Part shown: piece after piece, positions 41,101-56,061 of the stretch
Layout of the letters: the number at the start of each line of letters is the position of its first letter
Numbering within the stretch: position 1 is the first letter of the stretch
Assembly: GCF_006345805.1 (NCBI RefSeq)
Contig: NC_042997.1
Span: 6,324,001-6,388,000 of the forward strand
Reading direction: 5' to 3'
Length of the DNA stretch: 64,000 bases
DNA from: Octopus sinensis
Lineage: Eukaryota
The notes under the pieces: model-generated
Databases searched by the model: none
Told to the model about the DNA's origin: nothing
Seen by the model: the letters and a program-made list of their open reading frames with translations, nothing else
Made by a program: the position numbers and the translations under genes

Positions 41101-42459
41101 TATCGAGTCAAACGTCTTTGACGTCAACTTGCAGTAATTGTGCAATTACAAATTGTATGTTTAATTTTCGGGCTTAAATTTTAGCATTCCAGTATTTTTT
41201 GGGTAAACATCAAAATCCTGGCATTCAACTCTGCGTTAGGAATTTTCTCTCCACCAGATAGGTAAGTGTCTGTAGTCTTATAGTTGAAAATCTAATTTTT
41301 AGCCATCAATTTCTTCACTAGTAAACTCTTCCTGTGGAAATTAATAATTACGTTACTATAAATATATTTTTTTGTTTTGTTTTTATTGCAAAAGTTAGAT
41401 ATGAACAGTTTTAAACTGATGCAATTATTTAATTTCTTGCGATATTTCTGTTAATGGCTTCATCGCAGTTTTCTTGTCAGTTGCCGAACTTGTATATTAA
41501 AGTAAATTGGTTGCCATATATCAAGGAGAATTAAAAGGTAAGGTTAGCTTAAAAAAAGGAGGCGTTCGGGGATGTAGGGAAGGAGTGGTTTTATGAATAT
41601 GTAAGGAAATATCAGAGTTGATATGAGGATTCGAAATTTGTACATCAATATACAATACAAACGTGTAATCTGTCACGAAGACCTGGATTTTATATTAACG
41701 AGAGATAGTTGATTCACTAAACATGCTTGATGACTTTACTAGTACCAGTAGTAAAATCACGGACTTTACGACATATTTCGTGAGTGACGTTCATAGATAA
41801 AAGACGAAATAGTTTTGGAATGTTGTAGAGTTAAGTTTACGAACTCAATCCTGATAATTCATCAATGTGTGTACATTTTCAAGGATTCGACAAACGTGTT
41901 GATTTATAGCCGTCGGTAAAAATGTATAAAAGGCTCTATGTCGGTGATTAATCGTTTCTTAATGGTGGGTCAACGTTGAAATAGGATGTAGTCTAATGTG
42001 TTTACATCGTTTGCGATATATCTCTGGAGGGGGTGATTTTGGAAGGAAAAAGAGTGAAAGGGAGGGGAAGAGAGGGATAGACAGACGGATATAACAAGAG
42101 AGAAGAACGAAGAAAGTGTGAAATAGAGATATTTAAGAGTTTTTGCCATATGACGCATACTTCTTGTCGATATTATCTTTGGGATAGCCAAAGGATGTTG
42201 CCAATACTAATAATCTTGTTAAGGAAAGGAGTTATTATACAATTTATGAATATGTAACACAATGCCACCCACTTTCTCTGACGCTGCATATTTCTTTATG
42301 TCCAATAGTAGTTGATGTTGTAGCGGCGACTTATAGTTTACAGTAATGCATTAGAATATATAATACATACTTACGCACACACTCACACACACACACATTA
42401 ATATATATGTATTTATGTATATATACATATATATATATATGTGTGTGTCTGTGTGTGTG

Positions 42460-42494
<35 letters not shown>

Positions 42495-42556
42495 GTTAAT
42501 AAAGAAACATATACATGTACGTATATATGATATATATATTTGTGTGTGTTTGTGTG

Positions 42557-42606
<50 letters not shown>

Positions 42607-44013
42607 CATAAACACACATACGCACACACACAAACACACACACGCACTCATGTACACGCATATGTATATATGAATTTGTACTAAAACGTAGGATGAAGAA
42701 AAATCTTAACACTCTACCAATACATGTAAAAAAAAATTATTATATGATTTGTCTGGAGATAGTCATTGAGTCAATATAATTAACACATACACTGGTTTAA
42801 TTTCACTCATTCATTAAATATCTGATTGTTTTTGTTTGAGAAAACCATACTCACAGGAAGGGGAAATCTGATTCAAAGACTACAGTTCCAGACCATCACA
42901 GTAACTAAAAATCTGTAAAACCTTCAAGATGTTTATCATTTAAGTGTTATATGTGAGCATGTCTAGATATGTAAGTATATGCATGAAACAAAACATAATT
43001 TGGACGTATACATATATTTATAGGTACAAAAATACCTTGTTGTTGAAAATGAAATGTAGTGAACTTGGATCCAGGTTAGATATCAGTACTTTCAATATTG
43101 TCTAGAAATCTTGAAATAAAACTGAATAATGGCATACATACGTACATACAAAAGCAAAAGCGGACACTGTCACGCACTCACAAGATCTCAATCTAGAAAA
43201 AAAAGCGGCTTCTATAACGGACGAAATTAATAGTCATTGAATATGTTACAAGAAACTGCAAAACAGTCTTTACAGGAAAAAATAAATATATCAGGATATT
43301 TTTAAAATGAGTGGAATTGAATTAGTATTTGTGTTAATGGTATTGGCATGATAACTCTTCCTCGACAACAAAATATATTTCAATACAGCAATTCACATAA
43401 AATATCTTGTATACCAGATACAAAACGAAGTAGAATAGCTTCTCTTTATAGTTTACTGCGGTATCTTTCAATTACAATGCATCATTTTCCCTTACGTGAT
43501 ATTACACATTATTTAGTCGTATGAAAATGGGAGCAAAATAGAATTATTTCAACATGTTATATGCCTTCATTAAAGAACACCTATTTAGCAGTTTGATGTA
43601 TCGAGGCACTAACTTGATTGCTGTTATATTCTATTCTTATTAGTGATAAGACACCATATTGATATACGGATACGGTGTAATCTGTGACACCGTTGAGTAT
43701 TCATCTTAAATTCCAATAACTGAAATAGTTTCTATGAGACTTAAAAGCACGAAAGCTTATGGACCTAGAGAAGACATATCGCCACCGAACTTTTTGACCC
43801 CATTTATGTTCTAAATGAATATAAATCCATATGTGTGTAAAATATTGTGTATGATGCATATTTCTTTCTATGATTGCATATGTTTATTTTGATATACACT
43901 CGGTAGTACAAACACACATTCAGAAATACAGAAATATATATACATATATGTGTGTGTATGTGCGCTGTGTGTACGTGAGTGTGTATACATACAAACACAT
44001 ACAAACACACACA

Positions 44014-44063
<50 letters not shown>

Positions 44064-44398
44064 AAGATACATAGTGAAAATGAATTCACTTGCGTATGCA
44101 TCATAAACAAACGGTCACAATCAAGGTGCAAATATATCACATTGCTAAAGCGCAGGGGTAGAGATGGACAGGGAAAAGGAAAGATTCAGGAAACTAAGTG
44201 TCAGAAAGAAATCAGGATAGTACCATAATTGTTTTTATTTTATTTTTTTTCAATTTTCATTACACGCACTTATTTGACTCAGTATTTATCAGTAGACATG
44301 TTAACAGTTGCCATAAAATAGATTCATTCTATGCATGCATGCATGCATACATTCATACATATATATACATACATACATATATATATATACATACATAC

Positions 44399-44470
<72 letters not shown>

Positions 44471-45218
44471 AAGAATTTGTGCCGAAAAAGTGCGAATAAT
44501 TTCACAATTAAATTTTCTTTTTTGGTGCACTACGTTAAGAGATACTATTTTTAAACTATAGAGTTATTGTTGTAAAGAACAATTGTCTCCCCTGGCATAT
44601 TTCACGTATAAATGATCTGCATAGTTTTCTCTATTCTGTAGGAGGAGCTGCTGTAGGAAATCTTGAAAAGGCAGAAATAATTAGTTGGAAATAATCAAGC
44701 TGTTCTCGTTTTCATCATGCCGATAGAGAACTGTCTTTCACACACAGTTTTATTTATTGAACAATGCAGTATATTTCCATACGCATATATATATTCTCAT
44801 AGACCTATTCCTAACTACTTAGTTGTACACAAGTACATACAGGGAGTCACGCTCATATATAGATGTATTCACCTACATGTATACATTCACGCCTATATAT
44901 GGATGCACATGCACATATGATATACATACGTAGATATTTGTGTGCGTGTGAGTTCTGTGATTTTTTACGTGTTTATGTGTGTGCATATATATTTAAAACT
45001 TTACTACAACTGCGGCTCTAAACATGCACTGCATGAATGCTTCAATTATTATTGCTAAAGTTGGAAACAAATATGGAGGTGTATTACCAGTTTGTACCAA
45101 AAGAATTGCCTTTAAATATCAGCTGGTTAGAAGTGGCATGTTTTCAGATCACATCTGCTCGTGATACATCCTGTGATAACATGATACAAAGATACATACA
45201 CACATACATATATATATA

Positions 45219-46484
45219 CGAGGGGCGTTCAATATGTAATGCCCCTGACCCACTTGCACTTGATTAATCTAGCTGGTATTTTGCATGTGCAATTATTTAT
45301 ACCTCTATAGATTAAGTGGCGAATCACAGCTCTGAACTAATTGTGGTTTCTGATTTACAGGTGTTTGAACTGAGTGAAGTGTGAAATGGAGCCTGTTGAG
45401 TGTCGAGCAGTGATCTGGTTTTTGTATTTGAAAGGAGGCACACCACGGGAGACTTTTGATGAAATGAAAGTAACTTATGGTGATAATGCCCCATCATATG
45501 ACCTTGTAAAACGCTGACATTGTGAATTCAAACATGGTCGGAACTCTGTGGAAACAGCTCCCAGATCTGGTCGCCCCCTTCTGCCGTTGATGAGACGTCT
45601 GTCCGTCAAGTTGAGGCTGCCATTTTGGAAGGTCAACGCATAACTATTCGCCAAATAGCCCATAAGTTCAAGATTAGTACCGGGTCTGTGGAAACTATCA
45701 TTCATGACCATTTGCATATGCAAAAGGTGTCTGCCAGATGGATTTCCAGGTTGCTCACACCTTTCCAGAAGCAAGAACGCGTTGAGTGCTCGATGATGAA
45801 TTTGGAGATGTGCCAAGAAGATGAGTCAAATTTTTCAAAAGACTGATCACACAGGATAAAACCTGGGTCCATCACTATGATCCATAGACCAAAGTCCAGT
45901 AAATGCAGTGAAAGCACCATGACTCACCTCCTCCAAAGAAGGCAAGGGTGCAGCCCTCCGCTGACAAGGTTATGCTCACAGTCTTCTGGGACCAGGACAG
46001 AGTAGTGATGACAGATTTCCTGGCAAAGGGTACCACAATTACAGGAGCCTATTATGCTTCACTTTTGAGGAAATTAAGAGAAGCTATCAAAATCAAGAGG
46101 CGGGGCAAGATCAGCAAAGGCATCCTCCTCCTGCAGGACAACGCTCCGGGCCACAACTCGTGTGTCGCCAGATCAGAAGCATAGGCATGCAGCTATGAAC
46201 TCCTCCCCTTGCACCCTCTGATTTTCACCTCTACCCAGCCATGAAGTTGATTTTGAAAGGAAGGCGTTTCCCATAGACGCAGCCTTGATTTCTGAAGTCA
46301 CGTCGTGGTTGGAGGACCAAGCTGGGGTCTTCTACAAAAACGGTCTCCAGCGCTGTATCAAACGATGGGAGGAATGCATAACTCTGGGTAGTTCCTATGT
46401 AGGAAAAGACTAATAACTGTGCCAAGTGTCGTTGCTCTACAGCTATGGGAAGTGGGTCAGGGCATTACTTATTGAACGCACCTC

Positions 46485-46485
<1 letters not shown>
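45219..46485 (+). mobile_element. Full-length mariner DNA transposon (irritans-like), with inactive transposase at about 45386-46413
   Basis: ~36-bp TIRs (cgaggggcgttcaatatgtaatgcccctgacccactt / aagtgggtcagggcattacttattgaacgcacctcg) and TA flanks. Motifs: MEPVECRAVI, RSGRP, DKTWVHHYDP, KVMLTVFWD, LLQDNAPGH. Stops and frameshifts are present. Confidence 0.95.
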
Positions 46486-46527
<42 letters not shown>

Positions 46528-46535
<8 letters not shown>

Positions 46536-46731
46536 TAAGGGCTCCTAAATAAAGATGCCGAGTGCTGGGAACACAAAAAGGGGATGAATTTATCGAGAGT
46601 GAAAATCAAAAACGTTTACCGATAACTTTAAAGTTATCGGGTAAACGTTTTGATTTTCACTCTCGATAAATTCATCCTTTTTTTGTGTTCCCAGCACTCG
46701 GCATCTTTATTTAGGAGCCCTTAATTGTATA
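46528..46731. repeat. 204-bp spacerless near-perfect palindrome (MITE-like or fold-back)
   Basis: Arms of 102 bp centred at 46629/46630 (gataacttt|aaagttatc), with two substitutions and two compensating 1-nt indels. Confidence 0.95.
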
Positions 46732-46879
46732 ACTACATGAATAATATTTTTCTATGAATTAATATTTTGTATTATGACTAATCGTCTTTTGTGTGTGGCA
46801 CCTGGTAGTAAATAATATTACTACACTTCTTGTTTTATATATATATATATACAAATAGATATTTAGATACGCATATATT

Positions 46880-47925
<1,046 letters not shown>

Positions 47926-49232
47926 CCACTCAAATGTGGAAGTGATATATCTCGACTTTGCAAAGGCCTTGATAAAGTCGATCATGGAATGATATGTCAC
48001 AAACTGCGTGATCTCAACATAGTTGGAAAAACTGGGAGAATGGCTCTCATGACTTTCTGAAGGATAGAAGTGAGGGGTGGTAGTAGCCAATGGGGGCCAC
48101 CTCCATTAACACACAAATAGTGAGCGGTGTTCCGCAGGGCACTGTTCTGGGACCACTACTCTTCATAATGGCCTCTCAGACATGCCCTCAGCCACGCAGA
48201 GAGCCACGATCACAAGTTATGCAGATGATACAAAAGTTTCACAGGCAATACAGAACCCTGAGGACACTAAACACCTGCAATGTGAGCTGGACGAAATATA
48301 CAAGTGGGCTGAAAAGAATAGCATGCAGTTCAATGCTGGAAAGTTTCAAGCTTTATACTATCAGCATGCAAAACTGATGCAATACCCAATGAATACACTG
48401 GACCGGAGGGATTGCAATCCCAGAGGCACAATCAGTGCGTGACCTGGGTATTCACATGAGTGATGGACGCGACCTTTCATGTACATGTTGCTAACTGACA
48501 ATGAAATGTAGACGGCTGGCTGGATGGATCTTAGAACCTTTAGAACAAGAGACCAAGAAACCATTATGGTCCTCTGGAAGACACTTGTCCTAAGCCACTT
48601 TGACTATTGCTCTCAGCTATGGTCACCATCCAGTGTCAAGTTGATCACAGAACTTGAGGCGACCCAACGAAGCTACACAAAAAGAAGATAGCCTCTATGC
48701 AGAATGTAAGCTACTGGGAAAGACTCAAGAGATTAAAATTATATTCCCTGGAGCGGAGGCGGGAAAGATATGCCATAATATACATCTGGAAGATCCTGGA
48801 GGGAAGTGTCCTGAACTTTGGCATCGAGAGTTACGGCAAATGCCAGAACTGGGCGCCACTGCGTGGTGCCTAGGACTCCAAAACTGCCATCACAGATGTA
48901 GGACAAATTCTGTGATAGCCTGGGCTTCCGAGGCCCACAGCTCTTCAATATCCTCCCGAAGAACCTGAGAGACCTGCATGGGGTGGATACAGATGTCTTT
49001 AAAATGAAGCTGGATCTCTTTCCTGTCAGGTGTCCCAGATGAACCAACTTCACGACAGGAGGGGCAGATGAGGGCAGCTGCATCGAACTCTCTCATGCAC
49101 CAAATAGCAGTTGCTAGAAAGCCTCCATGAAGTGAAACAAGTAGCAACACAAATGGCGTTGCCCCAGCATGGCCACAGCTCATAAGCGGAAACTAGAATC
49201 AATCAATCAATCAATCAATCAATCATCAATCA
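47926..49232 (+). mobile_element. CR1-clade LINE copy B, 5'-truncated
   Basis: YLDFAKA, PQGTVLGPLLF, YADDTK and an (AATC)n tail; many 1-nt indels. Confidence 0.92.
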
Positions 49233-49456
49233 TATATTATATATATATATATATTATATATATATATTTATATATATAATATATATATATATATTTATAT
49301 TATATATATATTATATATACATTATATATATCTATATATATATATTATATATATATATACTATATATATATATATATATAATATATATTTATATATATAT
49401 ATTTATATATATATATATATATATTATTATATATATATATATATTTATATATATAT

Positions 49457-49489
<33 letters not shown>

Positions 49490-49647
49490 ATTTATATATA
49501 TTATATATATATATTTATATATATATATTATATATATATATATATAATATATATATATAGATATATTATTATATATATTATATATATATATATATAAATA
49601 TATATTTATATATATATATATTATATATATATATATATTTATATATA

Positions 49648-49687
<40 letters not shown>

Positions 49688-49785
49688 CATCTATATTATA
49701 TTATATAGATATATTTATATATATATATATTTATATATATATAATTTATATACATATATATATTTATATATATATATATTATTAA

Positions 49786-49839
<54 letters not shown>

Positions 49840-49971
49840 ATATATTTATTATATATTATATATATTTATATATTATATATATATTTATATAATATATATA
49901 TGTATATATTTTATATATATATATTTATATATATATGTATATATATTTATATATATATGTTTATATATATT
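49233..49971. repeat. (TA)n array
   Basis: Direct reading of the sequence. Confidence 0.95.
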
Positions 49972-51233
49972 CCACTCAAATGTGGAAGTGATATATCTCG
50001 ACTTTGCAAAGGCCTTTGATAAAGTCCATCATGGAATGATATGTCACAAACTGCGTGATCTCAACATAGTGGAAAACTGGGAGAATGGTTTCATGACTTT
50101 CTGAAGGATAGAAGTGAGGTGGTAGTAGCCAATGGGGCCACCTCCATTAACACACAAATAGTGAGCGGTCTTGTTCCGCAGGGCACTGTTCTGGGACCAC
50201 TACTGTTCATAATGGCCCTCTCAGACATGCCCTCAGCCACGCAGAGAGCCACGATCACAAGTTATGCAGATGATACAAAAGTTTCACAGGCAATACAGAA
50301 CCCTGAGGACACTAAACACCTGCAATGTGAGCTGGAGAAATATACAAGTGGGCTGAAAAGAATAGCATGCAGTTGAATGCTGGAAAGATTCAAGCTTTAT
50401 ACTATCAGCATGCAAAACTGAATGCAATACCCAATGAATACACTGGACCCGGAGGGATTGCAATCCCAGAGGCACAATCAGTGCGTGACCTGGGTATTCA
50501 CATGAGTGATGACGCGACCTTTCATGTACATGTTGCTAAACTGACAATGAAATGTAGACGGCTGGCTGGATGGATTCTTAGAACCTTTAGAACAAGAGAA
50601 CAAGAAACCATGTGGTCCTCTGGAAGACACTTGTCCTAAGCCACTTTGGCTATTGCTCTCAGCTATGGTCACCATCCAGTGTCAAGTTGATCACAGAATT
50701 GAGGCGACCCAACGAAGCTACACAAAGAAGATAGCCTCTATGCAGAATGTAAGCTACTGGGAAAGACTCAAGAGATTAAAATTATATTCCCTGGAGCGTA
50801 GGCGGGAAAGATATGCCATAATACCATCTGGAAGATCCTGGAGGGAAGTGTCCTGAACTTGGCATCGAGAGTTACGCAAATGCCAGAACTGGGCGCCACT
50901 GCGTGGTGCTAGGACTCCAAACCTGCCATCAAGATGTAGGACAAGATTCTGTGATAGCCTGGCTTCCGAGGCCCACAGCTCTTCAATATCCTCCCGAAGA
51001 ACCTGAGAGACCTGCATGGGGTGGATACAGATGTCTTTAAAATGAAGCTGGATCTCTTCCTGTCAGTGTCCCAGATGAAACCAACTTCACGGCAGGAGGG
51101 GCAGATGAGGGCAGCTGCATCGAACTCTCTCATGCACCAAATAGCAGTTGCTAGAAAGCCTCCTGAAGTGAAACCAAGTAGCAACACCAAATGGCGGTGC
51201 CCCAGCATGCCAGAGCTCATAAGCTGAAACTAG

Positions 51234-51266
<33 letters not shown>
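49972..51266 (+). mobile_element. CR1-clade LINE copy C, with the same 5' breakpoint as copy B
   Basis: Starts ccactcaaatgtggaag like copy B; same motifs and tail. Confidence 0.92.
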
Positions 51267-51267
<1 letters not shown>

Positions 51268-51268
51268 A

Positions 51269-51336
<68 letters not shown>

Positions 51337-51451
51337 GTTAATATATATATTAAATACATTATATATATTATATATATATGAATATATATATATATATTAT
51401 ATATATATTATATATATATTATATATATTATAATTATATATATAATATATT

Positions 51452-51497
<46 letters not shown>

Positions 51498-51811
51498 TAT
51501 ATTTAATATATAAATATATATATATTATATATATATATATATTATATATATATATTATATATATATATTTATATATATATATTTATATAATCATATTTAT
51601 ATATATATTTATATAATATTTTAATATATATATATATAAATATATATTATATATATATATATATATATTTATATATAGATATATATATATTTTCATATAT
51701 ATTTATTATATATATATATATATTTATATAAATATATATATATTTATATATATTATATATATTTTATATATATATATTTATATATATATATTTTATATAC
51801 ATATATATATT

Positions 51812-51843
<32 letters not shown>

Positions 51844-51886
51844 ATATATATTATATATATAATTTATATATATTTTATATATAATT

Positions 51887-51923
<37 letters not shown>

Positions 51924-52136
51924 ATATATAATTATATATATATATATATTTATATATATTATATATATATTTATATATATATATATATATTTATATATAT
52001 TATATTTATATATATATATTTATATATATTATAACTATTTATATATAATATAGATATATATTTATATATAAATATATTTATATATTTATATAATATATAT
52101 TCATATATATATATTTTTATATATATATATTATATT

Positions 52137-52167
<31 letters not shown>

Positions 52168-52297
52168 ATTTATATATTATATATATATATTATATATAAT
52201 ATATATATATATTTATATATATAGATATATATATATATTTACATATATAATATATATATATAATATATATATATATATTTATATATATATAAAATAA
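51267..52297. repeat. ~1-kb (TA)n array between the inverted CR1 tails
   Basis: Direct reading of the sequence. Confidence 0.95.
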
Positions 52298-55200
52298 TGA
52301 TTGAATGATTGATTGATTGATTCTAGTTTCAGCTACGAGACTGTGGCCATGCTGGGGCACCGCCATTTGGTGTTGCTACTTGGTTTCACTTCATGGAAAC
52401 TTTCTAGCAACTGCTTTTTGGTGCATGAGAGAGTTCGATGCAGCTGCCCTCATCTGCCCCTCCTGCCGTGAAGTTGGTTCATCTGGGACACCTGACAGGA
52501 AGAGATCCAGCTTCATTTTAAAGACATCTGTATCCACCCCATGCAGGTCTCTCAGGTTCTTCGGGAGGATATTGCAGAGCTGTGGGCCTCGGAAGCCCAG
52601 GCTATCACATAATCTTGTCCTACATCTTGATGGCAGGTTTGGAGTCCTAGGCACCACGCAGTGGCGCCCAGTTCTGGCATTTGCGTAACTCTCGATGCCA
52701 AAGTTCAGGACACTTCCCTCCAGGATCTTCCAGATGTATATTATGGCATATCTTTCCCGCCTACGCTCCAGGAATATAATTTTAATCTCTGAGTCTTTCC
52801 CAGTAGCTTACATTCTGCATAGAGGCTATCTTCTTTGCGTAGCTTCGTTGGATCGCCTCAAGTTCTGTGATCAACTTGACACTGGATGGTGACCATAGTG
52901 AGAGCAATAGTCAAAGTGGCTTAGGACAAGTGTCTTCCAGAGGACCATCATGGTTCTTGTTCTCTTGTTCTAAAGGTTCTAAGAATCCATCCAGCCAGCC
53001 GTCTACATTTCATTGTCAGTTTAGCAACATGTACATGAAAGGTCGCGTCATCACTCATGTGAATACCCAGGTCACGCACTGATTGTGCCTCTGGGATTGC
53101 AATCTCCGGGTCCAGTGTGTATTCATTAGGTATTGCATTCAGTTTTGCATGCTGATAGTATAAAGCTTGAAACTTCCAGCATTGAACTGCATGCTATTCT
53201 TTTCAGCCCACTTGTATATTTCGTCCAGCTCACTTGCAGGTGTTTAGTGTCCTCAGGGTTCTGTATTGCCTGTGAAACTTTTGTATCATCTGCATAACTT
53301 GTGATCGTGGCTGAGGGATGTCTGAGAGGCCATTATGAACAGTAGTGGTCCCAGAACAGTGCCCTGCGGAAACCGCTCACTATTTGTGTGTTAATGGAGG
53401 TGGTCCATTGGCTACTACCACCTGACTTCTATCCTTCAGAAAGTCATGAAGCCCTTCTCCCAGTTTTCCAACTATGTTGAGATCACGCAGTTTGTGAATA
53501 TCATTCCATGATCGACTTTATCAAAGGCCTTTGCAAAGTCGAGATATATCACTTCCACATTTGAGTGGTTGAGCAGCCGTTTCAGCACCCAGTCATAGTG
53601 TTGTAGGAGATGAGTTAAACAGCTTCTCCCTGGTCGGAAACATGTTTGGTGTCGGGCAGCAAGTCATTCTCTTCAAGGAAGGTGATCAGCTTTCCTTCTG
53701 ACTATTCGTTCCATGACCTTGCTGATGTGTGAGGTCAGAGAGATAGGTCTATAGTTCTTGGCTTCCGCTCTGCTGCCTCCTTTTGAATGGGGCATATTTT
53801 ACCTTCCTTCAGTTTTCCTGGAAGTTTGCCAGCTGCAAGGAAGCTTTGAAAGAGGAACTGCAGTGGTCTGCTAGGACTCTCTTACATGCTTTTAGGAGGA
53901 TTGCCGGGAATCCATCGGGGCCAGTAGCTGAGTCTGTTTCATTTCATCTATAGCCTTGGTTACATCGTCTTCCTTATATCGATGTAATCTATCGTTTCCG
54001 TATCTGATTTTATATCTGCTGTGGTAAAAAAGTCAGTTGGATTTGGTGATTTGGAGATGCCCAAGGGGTGGAGTGAAAAACACTCTTGAATTGCTCATTC
54101 AGTATTTCACTTACCTCATTGGTTTTCCTGTAAGTGTGCCATCCTTTCGAGGAGTGGCCCTATTTACAGTGCACTGTAGCTGTTTCTTTGGCATAACCTG
54201 TAGAAAGCTCTGGGGTTAGATTTTATGTTTTCTATAGCCCAGGCTTCTTTGTCTGCTCTTTCTTTTTCATGGGAGAGTTGCAGACATTTTTCGAATTCAA
54301 CAGTTTTATTTTTAGGCGGGACTTTTCACTGCTTTTCAATCTGTTGTTTAGGCGATTTGAAAATTTCGTACGCCGTCTCATTAAAATTTTCCTCTCTCTG
54401 GGGATTTTGTTCTTGTGTACAGTGGCCTTTCTCTCTGGGACACATTTGTAGCATATGGCTTGCATTACAGACATGAATTGTTGAAGTTTCACGCGATGTC
54501 TGGCGAGGAGAGACATTTAGGCCAGTTTTGTTTGAGGATCTCTTTCTCAATTTGTTTCCAGTTTGCCTTATGGTAGTTCAAGCTGGAAAGATTTTGAGGG
54601 TTTCTTGTAGGCCGCATGTCGTGCTCTCTTTTGCCCGACATGGTCAGCTCTATCATGTTGTGATCCGAGAGTAGTGTCGGTGTCACTTTCACATTATGGA
54701 TGAGATCCATGTCATTTGTGATGCAGAGATCCAGTGTGTTACCTGCCCTGGTTGGTTGGAGTATTACCTGCTCCATGTACAGGGTGTTGATGAGGTTCAG
54801 GAGGGACCTCGCCTGTCCTCGTTCACATCTTGTCATTCCTGGGAGAGAAAGGCCCTCGGGCCATCTGACATTGGGCAGATTGAAGTCTCCCATAAGAAGC
54901 ACACCTGTGTGTTGTTCTAATGTGGTTAGAATTTCTTCTATTTTTATAAGGCAGTCTTCAAACTTGCCCACATGGCTTGGGGCATCTGGAGGGCGATATG
55001 TAGCACACACAACTACATCAAGTTGCCTAATATGTACAATTAGTGTGTCACACACCGAGTTTGAGTATGACAAGAGGACTTGGGGTGTGAGGTCCTCACG
55101 GATGTAGATAGCAACACCTCCATGACTCCTTTCTTTCCTGTCGGTCCGTAGTACAGCATACTGTGGTATGTGTAACTCCGCATCTGCTATATCCGGTTTC

Positions 55201-55520
55201 AGGTGCGTTTCTGTAAGTGCTATGCATAAGGCTTGATTGCATGCAACAAAGTCTCTCAGGAACGGGATTTTTGTCCTGTTACTGAGTGTTTGCAGTCCTC
55301 TGATGTTCAGTAGGAGTATCGACGTGAGGTGTACGTTGTTGCCCGGCGGGTCCATCCTGTGTCTGTTTGCTTTGGTGGTCTGGTATATAGTGGGTAGTCC
55401 CACCTGCGGGTTTGGGTTTGATGAAGCCAGGTCAGCTGCTATCCAATCTTTTGTGCCATGCACAAAAAAGATTGTTGCTCAGCACAGCTGCTCTTTCGAC
55501 AACATCATGTGGGCTGTTTA
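52298..55520 (-). mobile_element. CR1-clade LINE copy D, ~3.2 kb, containing all of ORF2 (APE endonuclease and RT)
   Basis: APE motifs LLLNIRGL, IALTETHL, HGGVAIY, YRPP, MGDFN, LDLCIT and SDH in ORF 54489-55463. RT and 3' end match copies A-C. Confidence 0.95.
52391..55355 (-). pseudogene. CR1 ORF2 (about 990 codons), interrupted by frameshifts
   Basis: ATG GAC CCG at 55355 through to the …VARKFP* stop near 52391. Reading continues in alternative frames after single-base slips, e.g. near 54490 and 54280. Confidence 0.8.
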
Positions 55521-55716
55521 TATATTTATATATATATATAATTTATATATTATATATATATATATTTATAATATATATATATATAATTTATATATATATA
55601 TTATTTTATTATATTTATATATATATATTTATATATTAATATATTTATTTATATATTATATATATATTATATATATATATTATATATTTATATATATATT
55701 TATATATATATATTTA

Positions 55717-55767
<51 letters not shown>

Positions 55768-55837
55768 ATTATATATATATATATATATACATTTATATAT
55801 AATATAATATATATATATATATATATAATATATATAT

Positions 55838-55903
<66 letters not shown>

Positions 55904-55912
55904 AAAGGAGAG
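55521..55912. repeat. (TA)n array followed by (GA)n
   Basis: Direct reading of the sequence. Confidence 0.95.
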
Positions 55913-56013
55913 GCAGAGCATGTATAAGGATAAATATACAGGCTGGTACCGTAAAAATATTTAAAATCACTTCCAGATATACTAATCCACAGTGTTGGTC
56001 ATTTTTACTGTCG

Positions 56014-56061
<48 letters not shown>

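Noticed and set aside
45081-45135. 14-nt match aaatatcagctggt to miR-283/216-type mature sequence
   Set aside because: The match diverges after 14 nt, lies on the 3' side of a poor hairpin and has no proper precursor.
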